Notes: generated by a model from the letters alone, not told the origin. Shown: positions 1 to 14,800, counted from the stretch's first letter. The stretch is 64,000 bases of DNA from Tubiluchus corallicola (GCA_030141605.1 JAQGDQ010000410.1:1-64000), one strand, 5' to 3'. Translations and numbers: made by a program.

Positions 1-327
1 TTTTCCTTTCATTCCGCTAAATTTAATTTTAAAAGATAGTTATCTTATGTGATAATGTCTTGGCTGCGCAAACATCACGTACTTTATACTTTGAAAGATT
101 ACGCAGCTGAAGATTGGTAATTTGTCGAATGCTCATAAGTGTTCGTACCAAGTTCGAACCAATCACCAGATATTTATTTTATCTTTTGAATTTTGCAAGT
201 TTGCAACAAGTCGATTTTACCTCTTGGAAAATCGTGTTTTATACGCAACTTAAGCGCTCCAGGCTACAACAGCAAGTAATCAATTATTGATACTTTTGAT
301 CTTAAGTGCGTTTTTGAAACATTTCAG

Positions 328-3300
328 ACGTCAACTGATAAAGATATTCAAAAGGTCTGGAAACGGATTAACAGCCGCCCAGATGTCAGCTTAATCTTAC
401 CGTACAACTATAACTTTTTGCACGATGTAGCAAAAGGAAAAACGGCTTGGATAGGAACGCATCAGGTATGTTAAAGGCCATGTACTCCTATTAACAGAGT
501 AGTGACTGAGGAAGCGAGGTTTTAACAAATAAAGTACGAAAACATAAAGAGACATATTTATTTACAACATCATTTGACCTGAAGTTTCAGCTTTTACACC
601 AATACATAGAAACCCACAAGTGAATTAGGTAAATAATTAAGAAAAATTCAGTAACCTTAATAACACTTACTATAACCAGAATCACTTTATATATATATAT
701 ATATATATATATAAAGTGATTCTGGTTATATATATATATATATATATATATCAAACAATTAAAACATTGAAACTAAAAAATGGTGGCCTGTTTTATGAAA
801 AAATTTCCATCTTATCATTTTGGTTATTGAAATGTATCACCGTGACATTACAGAATTTTCTCTTCACCCATAGACGAGGTACTATATGTAAACATTTATT
901 TTTTACTTTGTTATTATTAAGAGTACACTGTATTGCTAATTATCACTAAGATTGCTGCGTTTTACCTAATACACACTTGCGGGTTTCTATATTTTTGGTA
1001 CTGGTGTAGACGCTGAAACGTCAAGTCAAACAATAATGTAAATAAAAATATCTCGTTATATATGGCTGCTCGTATTTCTATTAATTGGGTTAACTTGGGC
1101 TTACAACTAGCTTTACGCTCCCCAGTATTATTTCTAGTATTTTCAGCAAAAAAAGCGAGACTGTTCATGAGCATTAATTGTAAAAATCATCATATTTTTC
1201 CGTTTATTGTAAACTTAATTGCAAATGATTTTAGTACAGTGCAGAAGCAATAAAAACCATTTAAATTTTTAGATCGTTAAATTAGTGATAATTATTTTGT
1301 AAACGATGTCAGTTTACAGCAGTTTACAATTTAGTATGGGCAATTTTGGGTATATTGGGAAGTCTTGATAGATGGCAGTCATGGCACTGAATTTAAGTTC
1401 AAGTGCAGGTTTTAATGTAAAATTTCGTATTGATTCATATTACAATGTAACTAACAATCAATACTATATAATATTTGCGTATTTTAGCAGCTTGATTATC
1501 AGATGTCTGTCAACTGTAAGCTAATAAGGATAGAAGAGACATATGGCAGCAGCTTAGGTGCCATACCGTTCCGAAAAGGTCTACCACACATGGATCTCAT
1601 AGCAGTTGAGTACGTATGTAATATCGCTGTTTACTTGTGTGTTTGTTTGTTCGTTTATTAAGCTCGTTTGTTTCTGATTTTTGTTTGATTGGTCGTCTGT
1701 CGGTCTGCTTGTTTTCTGTCGATCTGTCTATCTGCCTGTGTGCTTGTTCCCACTTGTTCCATCCGATGATTCAAGTGTGATCAACTGAATCAAAGACTGT
1801 TCAATTTTCAAAAATATATCATATTTCAATAAGTATCAGATCGATAGCTAATGACAAAGAAGTTGTAATAATCTCTCATATTAATATAAATATTTTTCAT
1901 GTTTTTCTTATTGCTTATTAACTTTAAATCATTGTATGACCTGGATATGACTTATCTTGCTGGTCTAATCAATTTTTGTGTTTCCATACGTTCATCTTGA
2001 AGTCTCAGGAAAGTTTTACCCTAGTTACCACCGATCGTAGAAGAATCAGCATTCGGCATGTACTTTTGCCAGTGCAGCTCCACTGAGTGGAATAAACTCA
2101 TTTTTAACTTGCGATCAATTACTAAATTTAACTGTTTTAAAACTAATGTTAAAACCCATCTTTTTACCAGTGCGTTTAATTAATGTGCCTGGTGAATTTT
2201 AAGTACTTTTGTGATTGCTGAGCGTGCTTGTATGCAATTATAATCCTATGCTATTAGGTAATCTATGGTAAAATGGGCTAATGTCGGACCTAGGCTAATG
2301 TCAGACAATGAGTTTTACGTTTTCATATAACCCATTAAATTACCGGGACGTTGTTTTTTCCCTTTATTGTTAATAGTGCCACACCACATCTTTAAACTGG
2401 CATTTTCACGTACAAGCACGCTTAGGGAGTACGTTTATCCTTAATTGTACTAACTTTTTTTAAATTTGCTAATGAACAGACCTAACGCATTAGCTATTTA
2501 CAGCAGCCCCTTCCGAAATGGATCATTATGTAAGGTACATTCATGCCACACTATAAAGCACCGTATTTGTTTCTTTATTATACAACTCACTCAGACTTTA
2601 CCCGAAGGCCTAGGGTAATTTTGGGACAATTGAATCTTTGTGTCCGAAATGATTATTTGTGAGAAGGTAAATAACATTGATTTTTTTGGCCATTTGAGCC
2701 AAAATGTAAAAGTAATATGGTTTTAATCGTTTTAAAAATGTGGAGAGAAAACTGTTACGAAAAGGCTAGTAAAATATTTGCAGCATACAAATATAAAAAA
2801 ACTTAAAGATTAAGGGAGGAAATTTTCAGCAGTGGAGCATGATCAAGTGCAATCTGCCATCAATGCACATTATTCACAAATGAACGACACAGAGAAAACG
2901 TCTGTGAGGGCATTGGTGCTTAATTACGTACGACGTTACTCTGCCAACTGTCCAACTTCACCTGCAAGTGTCCGACATTACCCGATTTTTTGAAATGACG
3001 TAGCAAAGCATTTAATTATCACATCATTTTACGTTTTACGCAACTACTCCGTTTTCTGCACTTCCTGATTCCTTATCAGCATAGCTTTACTCTATCGGGC
3101 ATTATTCTAAGAAAATTGTAAAAAATATTGATGGAAACCTGAAAAAAGCCATTTTGTCGTTCAAAAAGGCAAAAGACAAAAGTCAAAAGCCAGAAGTCAT
3201 GTTGACAATATTATCATTATCAGTCAAAATCTATTGAAACTTGGAGATATTTCAGCTGTAATAACTGTAGTTTACTTTTACAGCTGCAATAGAAATATGT

Positions 3301-3704
3301 GACCGTTCTAAACGTTTGGTAGAACTAAATGGCTTAAAATCTGCAAAAAGTTTTAACAGAGATGTTTTATTTAATTTAGGACTGTCTTGTTATCTTTCCA
3401 GATATGTCATTTGCAAGCTCCTTGAATATATCTAAAAAATCTGTTTGCTTTCTTTTTCAGGACAAACAACCTTATTCAAATTGGACTAATCGAAGACTGG
3501 TCAGCAAAATGGATACCAGTCAATTACAACTGCCCCCCTTCAAAAACGCTAGACATGAGAGATAGACTCCATCTTATGCTAGACTGGACAAAAATGTGTT
3601 TTCCCTTTTACATGTTAATCCTTAGTATAATATCATCCGTTATTTGTTTATTGACAGAATATGTTTACAGCTATTGTTGCAAGCGCGTCAACAGCAATTA
3701 TTGA
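328..3704 (+). CDS. Divergent ionotropic glutamate receptor / IR-like gene 1, last three coding exons (5' part lies outside the window)
   Basis: Exons 328-465 (TSTDKDIQKVWKRI...GKTAWIGTHQ), 1488-1609 (QLDYQMSVNC...GAIPFRKGLPHMDL) and 3461-3704 (IGLIEDWSAKW.P.NY.CPP...M4, stop TGA). All have AG/GT ends and matching phases. The first two are 138 and 122 nt, the same sizes as in genes 2 and 3; all three encode the S2/M4 region. Confidence 0.9.
688..751. repeat. Two (TA)n microsatellites
   Basis: Visible TA runs at about 688-712 and 727-751. Confidence 0.9.
1895..2240 (+). mobile_element. Decayed 3' end of an L2/CR1-type LINE
   Basis: Broken frames give FKSLYDLDMTYLAGL...TFASAAP..WNKLIFNLRSITKFNCFKTNVKTHLF. 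This resembles the L2 ORF2 C-terminus (FKALHGLAPSYL...AFSVAAPRLWNSLP...FKSRLKTHLF). Confidence 0.7.
2266..2990 (+). mobile_element. Probable non-autonomous pogo/Tigger-like DNA transposon remnant
   Basis: Imperfect inverted ends: aaaatgggctaatgtcggac (~2270) and gtccgacattacccgatttt (~2969). Internal frameshifted peptide QQW.HDQVQSAINAH...SVRALVLNYV looks like a psq-type helix-turn-helix at a transposase N-terminus. Confidence 0.45.
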
Positions 3705-6700
3705 CTAGTTGATATCCGTTTAATTACACCAAAAAGAAAAAAATAATTCTGAAATAAAACGCAAGATAATTATTAAGATACGTCTGATACGAACGCTTAT
3801 ATATTACTGCTTCTTTGTTTATGAAACGTTGTTCTGATGTGGTCTATTCTCAACTTTTCGTACAATTTCGCAATAGTGTTAATAAATTAAAAAGTTAATA
3901 AACGTAAATATATACACTGCACAACTTATTATATATATGTTATTTCAACTGCACATTCTGCTATTTCATAAAATGTATTTGTTAGATGTAGACAAGAAAA
4001 TAAAACTTTCTAATGCCTGCTATATACATCATGTTTCTTCAATTTATCGTAAATAAAAAACGAAGCAAAGCCATGCGCCAAACCAGCAGTAGAAATAAGT
4101 AGCCTGATTTTTTTACAGCTGGTTATTTGCGTGCATTTTCTGTAGCCGAGAAAAATTAAGCACTTCACGCTGTCACAGAAAAGAAACAGAGAGGTTACAG
4201 ATTAAAGGTGAGATATGGATATCGTGTTGTCAATTAAATAAATTTATCTTGGAAACAATTTGAGAATCGGTAAGACTTCCCGTTAATATTATACTTAAAA
4301 GAAGGCACAAGTTACATGGTATGACGTTGGGTGTGCTTTACTTTGCTGGTTGCCACCTTTCACTTGAAAATCAAGACGAAACTGGGAGACTTCGTGACTT
4401 TTCGTAAGCACGCGCAGCTTAAACGAATTCAAACTTCTGCAGCTTACCTAATGTTCACTCAAAATATTACAAACTAGCTATCTATTTTTTGTAAAAGCTT
4501 AGTATACTTTTGATGGACGTTAACAGTACGCTACTTTTCTTCAATGACCTCATTGAAGGAAGAATGGGCATTGAAAATAGGAGCTTCCACGGGTGAAGTA
4601 ATTGTGAGTTTAAAGCGATTTTACTACATACGCTAGGCGCTTATTGCAGTTTTATTACTAAATCATTCTAACAATTTTCGTGAACATTGAAATAAGCCTA
4701 ACGTACTAGAAAGCTTGGCCTTTCCTTTAAAGATCTATCGCGATGCAATCGAAAATGTTTAAAACACACACGGTTAGACTAGGTTTGAGCAAGCAGGTGT
4801 TAGGGCCTATTAAATGGTTAGCTGGTAGCGTATTTATTATTACTATTTATTATTACAGTATTTTATTTCATGACATTATTGCGGTATTTTATTTCATGAC
4901 AATAATTTCATCACAAAATCTCCATTATTGTAACGTATCGTATGAATTTTCTAAAACATAACAAAACATATTGCGAAAATGTATGTATATACATGATTAG
5001 ATCATTTTTACTTAGACAAAAAGGACAGACAAATGTTGCTGAATGGAACAAACATGTGGAAGACCTAAGACGTAAACATAAGAATGTAGTATACCGACTT
5101 TAGCACTATACTTACACCGCTGGATGTTGCCAGACTCTACTGTACAGAATAAAATAGTATTTATTTAAAGTTGATAGTTAGTAGGGCCTCTCAATTATTA
5201 TATTCATAAAGTTTAGCCTGGACAGCTTAGGTTGTTTAAAATCGAATTTTAACGCTTAGGTAAGTCTTTTTAATTGGTCATGCATAAATCGTTTTATATG
5301 TATTGTGCAGCCTTAAATAGATATAACTGAAATATCCTTCTGAGTAAAACAAGATTCAGATTTGTTTTACCACAAAACACTGGAAACAATTTATTGCAAA
5401 TGTAAGTAAAAATAGTAGTTATTCTGTACGGTAGCGGCTGTCCGTGAGCAAGAGTTTGTGAGGCAGACGCTCAGGGGTGTGGCTTAGTGCCGACTGCGAT
5501 CTGGGCATTGCTGTCTCGCTATTAGTATTTTTCAATTTCGCGTTAGGAAACTTTTTGTTATTTCCGATGTCTGTCATAATGAAAATGTTGTTCGCAGAAA
5601 CAGATGTGTAACACGAATAAGACAAAAAATCTTGTCAAGCAATTTGCCAAAGAGCCTAGCAGACGACGTGTTTTTATCAGAAATATTAGTAGGGATGTAA
5701 CGTATACTTAGTATGACAAATGATGATGTTAAAAGACATCAACTCACACGGAGTAGTTTCTCTTCTATCTGTTTCGAATTACGCAAATATTTAGTTCGCG
5801 CAGCTGAACGCCTCTTCTTTTTACATATATATATAGCTGCTGCTAGATAAAAGTCCCTTCTAGTTTTGGGCTCTTGCCTGAGGAGATATTTAAAATCTTG
5901 TTGTGCTGTTTTTTACTTGTCGGTCTGACAACCTGTCTGTCCGTCTATCTACATTGGTCACGCCCTTCCTCACGCCTGTCTACCTGCCTCTTTGTTGACC
6001 CGTCGAAATTTTGTTTCTTTAGGCATGTCTGTTTGCTCGTCTCTTTATCGCCAATCATTTGTTCATTTGCTTAAGTAGACACCATTAACTTGTTCGTCCA
6101 TCTGTCTGTATATCTGCCTAGTTGATCTGCACCTACACCTAGTTACACAATCTTCTTTTACCTAACTGCCTTGTTATTTAATTGCCCATTTTAATCAGAC
6201 TATCTAGTGCCTAATTACCTGCATTTGTGTTGGTTTGTTTGTTTGTGCGCATATAGTTAGTTGTTGGTGCACTTATGTACCGGTATAATAGTTTTCTACT
6301 TATTTGGGTATTATGAATAATGAGTAATAGCAACTAAACATCACTGAGTTCAGTTTGGTTTTTCTGTCGTAGTAAATTCATGACAACAAAAACAACTAAA
6401 CAACCAATTATAACTCAATGCCAACTGCCGCTCGAAAGAGATAAGACACTAAACTCATCGCGTGATGCAGATTCTACCTCTAGCATTAAACATTCACACA
6501 CCGGTCGGACAGGTGCTATCATAAGCGCTTTTGACAGTCAATTTAACAAACCGATTAAACAATTAAACCAATTAAGACCTTTTGAGGCATACTTAATTTT
6601 TGCTCCGTACCGTGTTTTGTTAGCTCTTTTTTTACAGAAATAAATAATCAACGACCCCCCCCCCCCCACAAAAGCAAAAGGTCCGGGAAACCTTTCTATG

Positions 6701-7392
6701 TAGCACTTAGTACAATTTTGTGTTATAAACGATAGGAAATACTTTTATACTACTGAAATCTTCTTTACGACAAAAGCAGAACAATATCGAAGACTACTTT
6801 TAGTTGTACTCACAAAGAATACATATGTTGGTCTATAAATTTAAAGACAATAATAATTCACAATTACCTATCAGAAGCTGAAGGCTTCTCGTTTATCCTA
6901 CATGGTGCTATTATTGATGAGATGAAATGCAGCTGCACAAAATGTTGACACAGTTACTGTAGACTGTAATAACATTTAGCAACAGACCAAACAAAACACT
7001 TTGAAATTAATACACTACTAATTGAAAGCTAATACATAGAAGTTATATCTGTAAGCCAATACATGCTCTCTCTGACATTTGTAAGAAAAGTGGTATGAAA
7101 GAGCTGATTAAAGTCATTCCTATATATGTATGTCATTTAGTGACTCCCATTTATCTCCAGTAAATGTGAGTGTATTTTATCACTTCTCTGCAAATTCACG
7201 GTAATGCAGTTCGTGATAGGTATAGATAATTTCGCTAAAGAACGATTACGATTACGGTTACGATTCTGAACGTAACAGTTCCGTACAATCTTTTGTGTTT
7301 ATTTACTTCTATGTTCACGACATATAACAATTTTAGCAACTAGCGGCATATTACAGTTACTGATTTATTACTTCCACAGGTAAAGGTAGAAA

Positions 7393-7919
7393 ATGGGCTA
7401 CGTTCAGGCACACGTGTTTGTAACCGTAGTGTTTTTAATTACGTTCTCGACGCCTGCACCAAATGAGCATGATGTCAAGCCAGCAGCAATGACGTCAACA
7501 TTTGGGGACAACTGCCGCGGCTCTGGTAACTTAGAAAACGGTCTGCTTAATGTCATTAGATTGGAGAACTGGAAGGATATTTTGATAGTACACAGTAAAC
7601 CGGGTAGGCTTTCTTTTTTCATCCGAAGCGTCACAAACAACAACACTAGTAGCCACTCGAGGGGGCTACAATAGAAAAGTGTTGATAGAGAAGTAGGTCA
7701 CTTGTAACAAATTTGCCAGTGACATATTCTTTTTGAAGTAGCCGAGGTCCTAATTGGCAAAAAATTTTGTTGGAGATTCTTACGGTTACAGGTTCGACGG
7801 AAGAAACTGGATTTTTGTAAACAGCTACTACGCATGTAGGATTTTGCAAAAAGAAACTATGACAAGTATCAATAAAACAGGAAATTGCTGAGAGAACTGC
7901 CACCGTTTAGATACCTGTA

Positions 7920-7973
<54 letters not shown>

Positions 7974-10900
7974 GATAATGATCATGATGATTATCATCAT
8001 CAAAATCATCTAAGTTACCTAAGAGACCTGTGGCGTGCAAAGGTTGCAGCAGTATCAACAGGCTGGCATTTTAATTTAGCAGTCCGTCAAGTAGATAAAG
8101 CTTGTGCAGACACACAATTTTAAATTGCGCAACAGGCGTTATGGAGCTTGAGGATGTTGCATATATTTCTGCATTATTAATTCACGAAATATTGGGCTCA
8201 CTTAATAACTAGGCAGCAGTTACTGAGTGGGCAGTTTTAGAAACCTTAAGACGTCTCACGGGCTCATCCGTGTTAATTCATTAGTTGTATCGGATGAGTC
8301 CAATTTATTTTGATGAACTTTTCTTTTGATGATGATGCATATCATTTGCTGTACATTACCTATCTCGACATCAAGTGGATAAAACATTTCCTCAAACAGA
8401 CGACTTATCTTCCGAATTCCGTAGCTTACTGCTTTATGCAAGCTCACGTCTGTGACTTGGGCAAGTTTTACATCATAATCTAGTCGTTAATAAACTACCT
8501 CTACTGGTCTTCACTTCTTTTGTGATTTCACTTAGCTAGGTTCTAAAACTTGAGTATTTGACTATTTCAGAATCGGAAAAAACGCAGAAAAATAAAACCG
8601 AAAACCTAGTAACAATACATGTAATTTTTGTGTTCAAATTTTTTTCATTAACAGGAGACTATCATTTGAAAATGATATTAAAAAAGCTGGCAGATAACTA
8701 CACAAAAGCGTTGTTGGTGTCACACCACGTATTCTATTACCTTGTAACCCAGACAAATTTGAAGAAATCTTTGCACAAAAAAAGCACTGATCTTCACAAA
8801 GAAACTTATTTTGTGGTATTTATGGCTGAAAAAGATTCACTGTTTTTTATTGAAGAGGTATGTGATAAATATTTATTTCTACATTTTTTCATATAACATA
8901 ACATTTTTAAGCTGTTATTGCTCTTTATTGTTGTTGGCATAGTATAACTTTGTAGAAGTACAATCGAGCCAAACTAGCACTACTATATATGTATAAATAA
9001 TTTCAGTCATATGTATATGTATATAGCACAACCATATATGTATAATTAATTTCGGTCATATGTATATGTATATGTATATACATATATACATATACATATC
9101 ACCGAAATTAATTATACATATATAGTAGTGCTATATATATGTAGAATATAGTACTATATATATAACCGACGGGCTACAGCTCAACGACTGCACCATTTTC
9201 GGCGATCTATATATCAAATGAATCTTGCATTATTATAATGGCGCCTTCAGACTAGAAAGTTCCCTCGCAATTTATTGTTCAATTTCTCTCTGAGAGTTTC
9301 AACTTGCGCAAGAACTCTCAGCAACTCTCGCTAAGTTTGCAATAAAATTTCGAGAGAAGTTGTCAAACTATTCACACTTGCGAGTTTACTCTCGATGATA
9401 AGATGCGCAATAAGTTACGAGAGAACTCTCTAGTCTGAAGGCTCCATAAAAGCACTCCTGCAATAATTTATTAAACAATAGTGCAAAATGTCTGAAATGC
9501 CTGGATAATTAGCTCAGTCGCTCATTTATAAATTTTGCTTGGAAAAATTCCAGTGACAGTCGAACTTTAAACTTGTCTGACCTTACGACCAATGCTCAGA
9601 ATGCACGTATTTAGTTCTGAACATGTCATAAGCCTAGCAAGTTTAAAGTTGAATACTTGATAAAAGTTGTATCATCACTTGAATACAGTGATAAATTAGC
9701 ACAAAAGGAGTAAATTCTAAATATAATTTAATGTTACTCTCTTTTCACATGTTATTTTTTCTCGTAGGCAAATGAAGCAAAACTGTTTCGTAGCCAGTTT
9801 TACTGGATTTTCCTGTCTCATGAAAGAAACACGACACTTCTCAACAAAATTTCTACTCACATAGGTGCGGATGCAAACATTCTTTTCATGACATGTACGC
9901 CTACTTCTGATTCAGCAACCGTGAGTTAATCGTCTTTTGAGTGTAAATCATTTCAGCAAACTTATTTCTAACGTATCAGTATAAATTTGCTAAAACCTGG
10001 TTGCAGACACAATGAGCTAACGCTGTTGTAATTTGACTGCAACGAGGTGTCACATTCATTTAAAAAGCGATGACATACATATTATATACATGATATATTA
10101 TATTATGGTATACAGAAGTACATGCGGCTGTTAATAATCGTGCTCTTTTCCTATACTTAAAGACGTGTTTTTAAGTGACAAGTATAAGAAGCATCTAAGG
10201 GAAAATCGTTCCCGCAAATAGCAAATAGTCACAGATGTATAAATGTATTTGAACATCATATACTGTAGCAACGAAAAGTTCTTGTTTATTACAATAACTG
10301 CTACTTTGTAGCAAGCTTACTGCTTGCAAAACACCAGATTTCCTTCCAGCATTTCGTGACTCTATCGTTAATCCGATGATCCACGGTCCATGTCCAGGTT
10401 TATTTACTTTTCTCTATAAATTCGTTCACAAAATTTAGTGGCGCAGTGCAAAGAAATACCAGAAATAATCAAAGAAGAAAAATAAAATTGCAGAAGTCCA
10501 AATATAATTTGATGTAATTACAGTTTGGCAGCCTAGCTATAACTTGCACAACTATTTGCACTTTTTGTACTATCTTTCGTATTGAAAATTTAGAATGTGC
10601 CTTTTATCCACATCGCACATTTACAACAAATTCTTTTATTGAATGCATATAGGACAAAAGCGACAAGTGTTCTACTGAACCTACATCTCAAAGTGCATCA
10701 GACGGTGTACTGATAGAAAGTTTTGAACCAATTGAAGGTTTCAGACCCGTTGCCTATTATAAGTCAACAATAGAATATGCGCAACCTACGAAAACTCTTT
10801 TCATAAATTCTGTGCATTTGATTGGGTTCAAAGGAGCTCAGTTTATTGCTGCATATGCATTGGTGAGTATAATGGCTAACCGTCATAACATTAATTCCTA

Positions 10901-11794
10901 AAACGGCTTGAAACGTAAAACGGCGTAGTCAATGTGCTAAATTAAGAAAAGAGTACAAGTAAACAGGTTAGTTAATCGTTTTACTGGTACCCTAGATACC
11001 TTTATAGAAAATAAAAACGCACGTATAACTAAATGGCGCAAGTAAATAATATAGTAGTCGATTTCAGAATAATTCTGGGATTGCACAACCGGTACAATTA
11101 TGTGTATGATAAAGTGTGCCAATCAGTTCACTTTTTAGCAGCACTTCTTTACAACCATCATAATATCTTTTCTGTTAGCATAACATCGTGCGCCATAGGC
11201 AATAATGAGGAGGCACCTTTTCCGCCCTAACGTTAAAGTCATTTAACATGATTAATTAATTGCCGGTTGAGAAATTGTTTACCACAGCTTATAGAAATGT
11301 TGTACGATTACGTTAATTCTTCATGGCTTGGCTATTGAAAAAGACGGAAGGCAACGAAAGCATAGAGAGGAACGATTATGTGAATTTTGTCAATAAAATA
11401 AGTTCATAAAGGACGAGGAACATTTTATTCTGTGATGTAAAAGAACTGAACTGACAAGTAAATTATGCATAAAGTTGAAAACTGTAGCCTCACTGATCTA
11501 ATGCACAATTTTGATAACATATATAAATTTTCAAAATTTCTACTATGTGCACAAGTATGCTTTTAAATTTCACTAGTTTTTGGCTCTTTTTGGTGCAAAA
11601 TAATTTTTGCGGTCATAGTAACATTTTATGTGACACGACAGGCGTCATTGTAGTTAAAAACGCTACGTAATTTTTTGTTTATTGTAAAATCTGATTTGCT
11701 GCAGTAAAAACGCGAAATATATTAAGGAAAATGAATCTAGTACGGCTGCTGGTGGTGGTGGTGGCGGCGGTGGTGGTGGTGGTGGTGGTGCTGC

Positions 11795-11892
<98 letters not shown>

Positions 11893-14800
11893 TATAAAAT
11901 CTTTATTTGCCATAGATATACGGTTTGTTTGGTAAATGCATTATGGCCATATTGGTTGTTAGTTCTGACTTGCTTTAGGTTAGAAGTTCTCAAATTTAAA
12001 GTGGGATTGGGTGAAAATAGTAACCTATTTTGAGTGAATTATATGTTGGTGTTATTAATGTATTTGAACAAAATCAGAAGAGTGAAATATTCTCTGCGAG
12101 ATTCAAAGATGGGAACTATAAGTGACTTTCTTAATTCGGTAGCCGAGTGCATGTTAGTCTTGGAAGATTTGTGTGAAAAGCCAGATATTAATTTGAGAGT
12201 GTAGTTCTGTAAAGTTTATAAAGTTTATTAGTGTATTAGTTTTATAAAGTTCTCTCCTTTTACTCTTTGTAAAAGATGGCATCCGTAAAGATAGTATGGA
12301 AGGATCAGAGTTTTATAGACTAAAATTTTGGTGCTCTTAGTTAATTGTCCCTTAATTTGGCGAAGGACGTGCTACAGGCCATTTTATTGTGAATGTTATT
12401 GAATTGATCATACCAGCTCAGTTTGTTGTCCACGCATAAACCTAGAAAATTTATTGCTTTGGATAGCTCTATACAGGTGATAAAAGTATAAGGCGTTTAT
12501 ATTTGTAATATCTTTTTCAAGACGTTCGAGTGCTGTATCATTATTTTCATAGTGTAGTGCGTCATTTGCATATTGAGTTATTTCAGAATTCTGTAAAATG
12601 TTAGGTATATTGTTGACATAAAAACTAAAAAGTGAAAGTCCTGGACGTGTTCCTTATGTACACCCCTGCTTATGTTGGTCCATTCGGAGAAAATATTTAG
12701 AGATAACTTGACACGTTGAGTGTTATTTTGCAAATAACTTATGCATTGTTAAATCCAACATGTTGAAGATTACTGAATAGTAAAGGTCTAAACTGCCAAA
12801 TGCTCTGCTTAAATCAAGAAACACTGTTACTATGTATTTGTTTTTGTCTAAGTTTGATCTCCAAATTTCAGTAGCATTTAGTATTGCATCAATAGTTGAA
12901 TGTTTTTTTCTGAAGCCAAACACATGATTTGATAATAAATTGTTTGTGCTGATGAAAACTGTCATTTGGTTGTATAATACTGTTACAAAAATCCTACTAC
13001 AACTACTACTGATTCTGATTTTCTCGATTTGGCTAAAAAGAATACTTTTATAGCTCAACATAGGATTCTTCACATGACTGTCGAAGAAGTTACATTAACA
13101 TGTTGGGTTCATTTATGATACTGATATTACTTGTAGGATCCACCATATTTAGATTATGAGGTCGTCCATGGAGAGATCGTACTTAAAGGGTTTGCTTTGG
13201 ATATTCTTCAGGAGCTGGCTCACCGCCTCAACTTCACGTAAGAAATTAAATTCATTCAAAAATAATCCAAGCTTAATATACGATTCAATTAGTTTGATTT
13301 TAATACGATAAGAACATACTAAATGTTAAGTAAAACAGGATATGCGGGAAGGCGTCATTTTCTAGATGACATCCAAAATGGTCAACTAGGCACAAATGAC
13401 TATATCTTAACCTCAACATTCTGCATTTCAGCCCAGAAAAATACTTCTACTTCTTTCCTGATCAAATTCGGTGAATGTTAGATCAGCCAGTAGTGGCATA
13501 ATGTCTGTTTCATGATTTTTTTATCATCCGGAATTTACTTGATGTAATCTCGCAGTAAATGTAGGATGTTTCTTACTGAACTGTTTGTTGTTTCGTTTTT
13601 CGAAAATAGTCTGCTGTGTTATTGCCAAACAGCACATAACTACCGAAAAGTCTTCACACAAATCAATCACAGCTTTTGATTGAAAATCGTTGCGGTTGTC
13701 GTTGTGGGCGTAATCTGTCTGATATTATCTGATACAGGTTGCGCTGTCAAAGCAACTTAAGATTGCTTTTTAACCAGACAAAAAAAATAAAGTGGATGAC
13801 ACTTTAACCGTGGATCGGTTATATCCTCAGAGGTCCACAGAGAATATGTGTACTGTACAAGATAGTAGGTAAATTAATTAAGTCACATGAGCATACAAAT
13901 AAAAGATAAATAAAATTAATAAAAATACAGTAATTAAAACACAATGCATAAATAAAGTAGCTTAAGCGTATTATACGAAAAGCTTGAACTTAAGTATAAT
14001 AAAGACAAATTAAAAATTATTAAAGGCATTTAAAAACCTTTTACAAAATAGTCTACAAAATTACATTTTGTTTCGCAAACAATTACTTAAGATTGCTTTT
14101 TAACCAGGCAAATACTTTCTAATTAAACATGTGATTTAAGTGTCTAATTCTAGGATTTATCTGATGGAAACAGTAAGCTACTGTTAAATGATTACCAAGC
14201 AGAAGTGTTTGGAAAGTTAACTGCAGTAGTAATTAACCCTGCCGCAATTATTATTTCCAGGTACAAATTAGTTCAACCAGAAGACAAGTTATATGGAATC
14301 AAAAATCACTCTGCAGGAACTTTCAATGGTGTAATAGGAATGTTACAGAAAGCGGTAAAAATAAAAAAGAAACTGTATATTATGGTTAATGAATGAGACA
14401 ACACCACCAACAACAACAGAGCAATAATAACAAGAATAAAACTAGAGATAATGATGACGATGAAAACAAGAAACACTACGACAGCAATAAAAAATGTTTA
14501 AAATAATCATTCTTTTCAGAAAGCCTGTTGCAGCAGCTACAAGGAGTCTATTCACTTAGATGTGTTATTTTTTATTCAATATAGACAGCAGATATTGGAC
14601 TAGGCGTTTTTACCATAACCAGCGAACGGACGACAGTGGCAGACTTCTCGCCACCTTTCGTCGATTCGTCGCTAGGAGTTCTTGTTCAACGCAGTTATGG
14701 AACAGATGCAAATTTTGGTCTCAACATTCTGTCGCCATTAAGCGCAAAAGCTTGGCTTGTGATATTGGCGTCAGTATTTGTAACTGGTCTTGCAATTTGG

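Noticed and set aside
7828-8058. ORF with a long poly-His tract
   Set aside because: It is the translation of an intronic (GAT)n/(GGT)n microsatellite.
11679-12033. Poly-Ser/Thr and poly-Leu/Val ORFs
   Set aside because: They translate the trinucleotide tail of the LINE.
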